Shown: piece by piece, positions 62,141-64,000 of the stretch
Numbering within the stretch: position 1 is the first letter of the stretch
How the letters are laid out: each line of letters starts with the position of its first letter
Assembly: GCA_002269645.1 (NCBI GenBank)
Contig: NIVC01000445.1
Coordinates: forward strand, 434,001-498,000
Source: Macrostomum lignano
Taxonomy: Eukaryota
Reading direction: 5' to 3'
Length of the DNA stretch: 64,000 bases
Made by a program: the position numbers and the translations under genes
The notes under the pieces: generated by a model
Databases searched by the model: none
Told to the model about the DNA's origin: nothing
What the model saw: only the letters and a program-made list of their open reading frames with translations

Positions 62141-62497
62141 TCCCGTTCCGTCCCCGCCCTGCGGTACTGCTCTCTCAGCAAAATAATTTTATGCCAGTCC
62201 GCAAGTTTTGTCACAAAGGTTTTTGAAGTTTAAAACAAATTTCAACGATCGATATAAACATGCTCGCATGATTTTTATTTTAAAAAACTTGTTTTGTTAT
62301 CGTTGTCAAAACAATTCCATCTGTTATTACGATAATATAACATTGCCCGAAATACCGAGGATAAATCTGCAATAGAACACAATGGATGTTTTTAAGTCCA
62401 CGCACTTTGATGGAATCTAAACTCAAAGATAATTCTTTTAAGTTATATATTCTTATTGATTAGGTCACTTTGCTTTAGCAATATAATCAACCAGTAT

Positions 62498-62900
62498 ATC
62501 AGACAGTCCTAATTCATGTCAAACTGTCAGTTAAACAGTCAGCTAGCATGTCAGACAGTCCTAATTCATGTCAAGTGTCAGTTAAACAGTCAGCTAGCAT
62601 GTCAGACAGTCCTAATTCATGTCAAGTGTCAGTTAAACAGTCAGCTAGCATGTCAGACAGTCCTAATTCATGTCAAGTGTCAGTTAAACAGTCAGCTAGC
62701 ATATCAGACAATCCTAATTCATGTCAAACTGTCAGTTAAACAGTCAGCTAGCATATCAGACAGTCCTAATTCATGTCAAACTGTCAGTTAAATAGTCAGC
62801 TAGCATATCAGACAGTCCTGATTCATGTCAAACTGTCAGTTAAATAGTCAGCTAGCATGTCAGACAGTCCTGATTCATGTCAAACTGTCAGTTACATAGT
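62498..62900. repeat. 51-bp minisatellite (TCAGACAGTCCTAATTCATGTCAAACTGTCAGTTAAACAGTCAGCTAGCAT(G/A))
   Basis: About 8 units with a period of 51 (62551, 62602 and onward). Confidence 0.93.
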
Positions 62901-63352
62901 CAAGATAGTTTGTCAGAATCTTTTTTTGTTTGAGTGAAAATGTCAGGAAAACCTTGAAGGATTTCGAACGTCAAAATAGAGATTGCAATCAGCTTCACTC
63001 TCTCCTAGAAGAAGACTTACTCAGTTTTCTCTCTGCTGAACTTCAGTAACAACCGCGCTTTACCCAAACAGTTGGGAATGAAAAAAGTAGTTTTTTTCTC
63101 CGAAGCCCCTCTGCGGCAACTGGGGAACCCGCCTGTATGGCTGAAATGAAGTCGCAGTCACGCTTCGCTGCACCAATTCATTCGATTTAGTTACTCTATT
63201 TTCGAAGCCTTTGATCAGTGGAACTCTATTGAAGCCTACAGGTAGATCTGTAGGATCTGCTGCTGATGTTTTCTCCCGTTTTGCTGCTGCATTAATTAGT
63301 TATTTCATTTTAGTGCTTTCTTTTCTCTTATTTCTCTGATGTATTTTTAAGT

Positions 63353-63621
63353 GGGTTGTAGCCTATAGCGGTAGGAGCGTCGTACTCACGACTTGAAGGT
63401 TGGAGGTTCGATTCCTTGAGCAAGACACTTTACTCTGCATTGTTTCAGTTTACCCAGCTGTTAAATGGGTGCCAGCATTAGCTGGGGTAATTGAGGCTGT
63501 GTGTGGCGACCCCCCAATCCTTGGACTGAACAGCCGTACGCAGCCTTCAGATGCGCCGCGCAATAGCTGCGGCTGAGCTGTCGGTCGCTCATCTGCACAT
63601 TGGGGCAGGTGTAATCAGTTA
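63353..63621 (+). mobile_element. CORE-like tRNA-derived SINE, family B (short-head variant)
   Basis: GGGTTGTAGCCTATAGCGGTAG head, B box GGTTCGATTCC, CCTTGAGCAAGACACTTTACTCTGC...CAGCTGTTAAATGGG; GTATTTTTAA flanks both sides (63341-63350 and 63622-63631), partly overlapping the tail. Confidence 0.88.
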
Positions 63622-64000
63622 GTATTTTTAACTTTGTCGGCTTCGGCTTGACATATTCACAAAACGAGGAGGATGGCAGTTTTTACAAAGACCTAAAACG
63701 AAATTTTAGCTTCCGCAAAGACCCGAAATGCAGTTTTAGCTTCTAAATAAAAGATTTATAGTGGCCACTCCCTCTGAAACGTCTGCTAAAACTCTATTTC
63801 AGCTCTTTGAAAAAAAGCAAATTTTTCTTTTTAGGTTTTCATCAATCCAGATGAACTTTAGTGTCGTTAAAAACTAAGTGAGTTATTTCAAAAATCAAGA
63901 ACAAAAGCGGGGGCTCAAGTTCAAACTACTGTATTGTTGTATATGACATTGCATTAGGGTGGGTTGAGTGCAGATAAGAAAAGGAGGTGGGGAGTGCGCG

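Noticed and set aside
62498-62900. CRISPR-like regular array (also considered for 26038-26250)
   Set aside because: Units are contiguous with no unique spacers, there are no cas genes and the context is eukaryotic.

Overview
Eukaryotic (metazoan) genomic DNA. GC-rich, Ala-rich coding exons, introns filled with minisatellites and long (GACA)n/(GATA)n tracts resemble a free-living flatworm such as Macrostomum; this is an inference, not a database match. I reconstructed seven protein-coding genes by hand from GT-AG junctions: ARMC6 (-, runs off the window start), a C-terminal-domain-only RRP7-like gene (-), a divergent G-alpha-s with one intron (-), GLTP (+), CHIC (-, 4 exons, three missed or only partly covered by the ORF track), ELMOD3 (+, 5 exons) and an NPY/NPF-family GPCR (+). 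Mobile DNA includes a frameshifted piggyBac in the GLTP intron, two hAT-type non-autonomous elements and one foldback element with 8-bp target-site duplications, two tRNA-derived SINE families, a decayed tyrosine-recombinase (Crypton-like) ORF fragment and a possible solo LTR. Most long ORFs in the track are tandem-repeat artefacts. The best leads are: three perfect heat-shock elements with a TATA-like box facing a SINE and the GPCR 3' end in antisense; an array of 18 perfect AP-1 sites upstream of the GPCR; a candidate H-type pseudoknot in the GPCR intron; transposon-borne mini- and microsatellites; an apparent CCG>TTG decay signature; and altered functional residues in G-alpha-s and the GPCR. 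I found no prokaryotic-type system, CRISPR array, rRNA or true tRNA gene.
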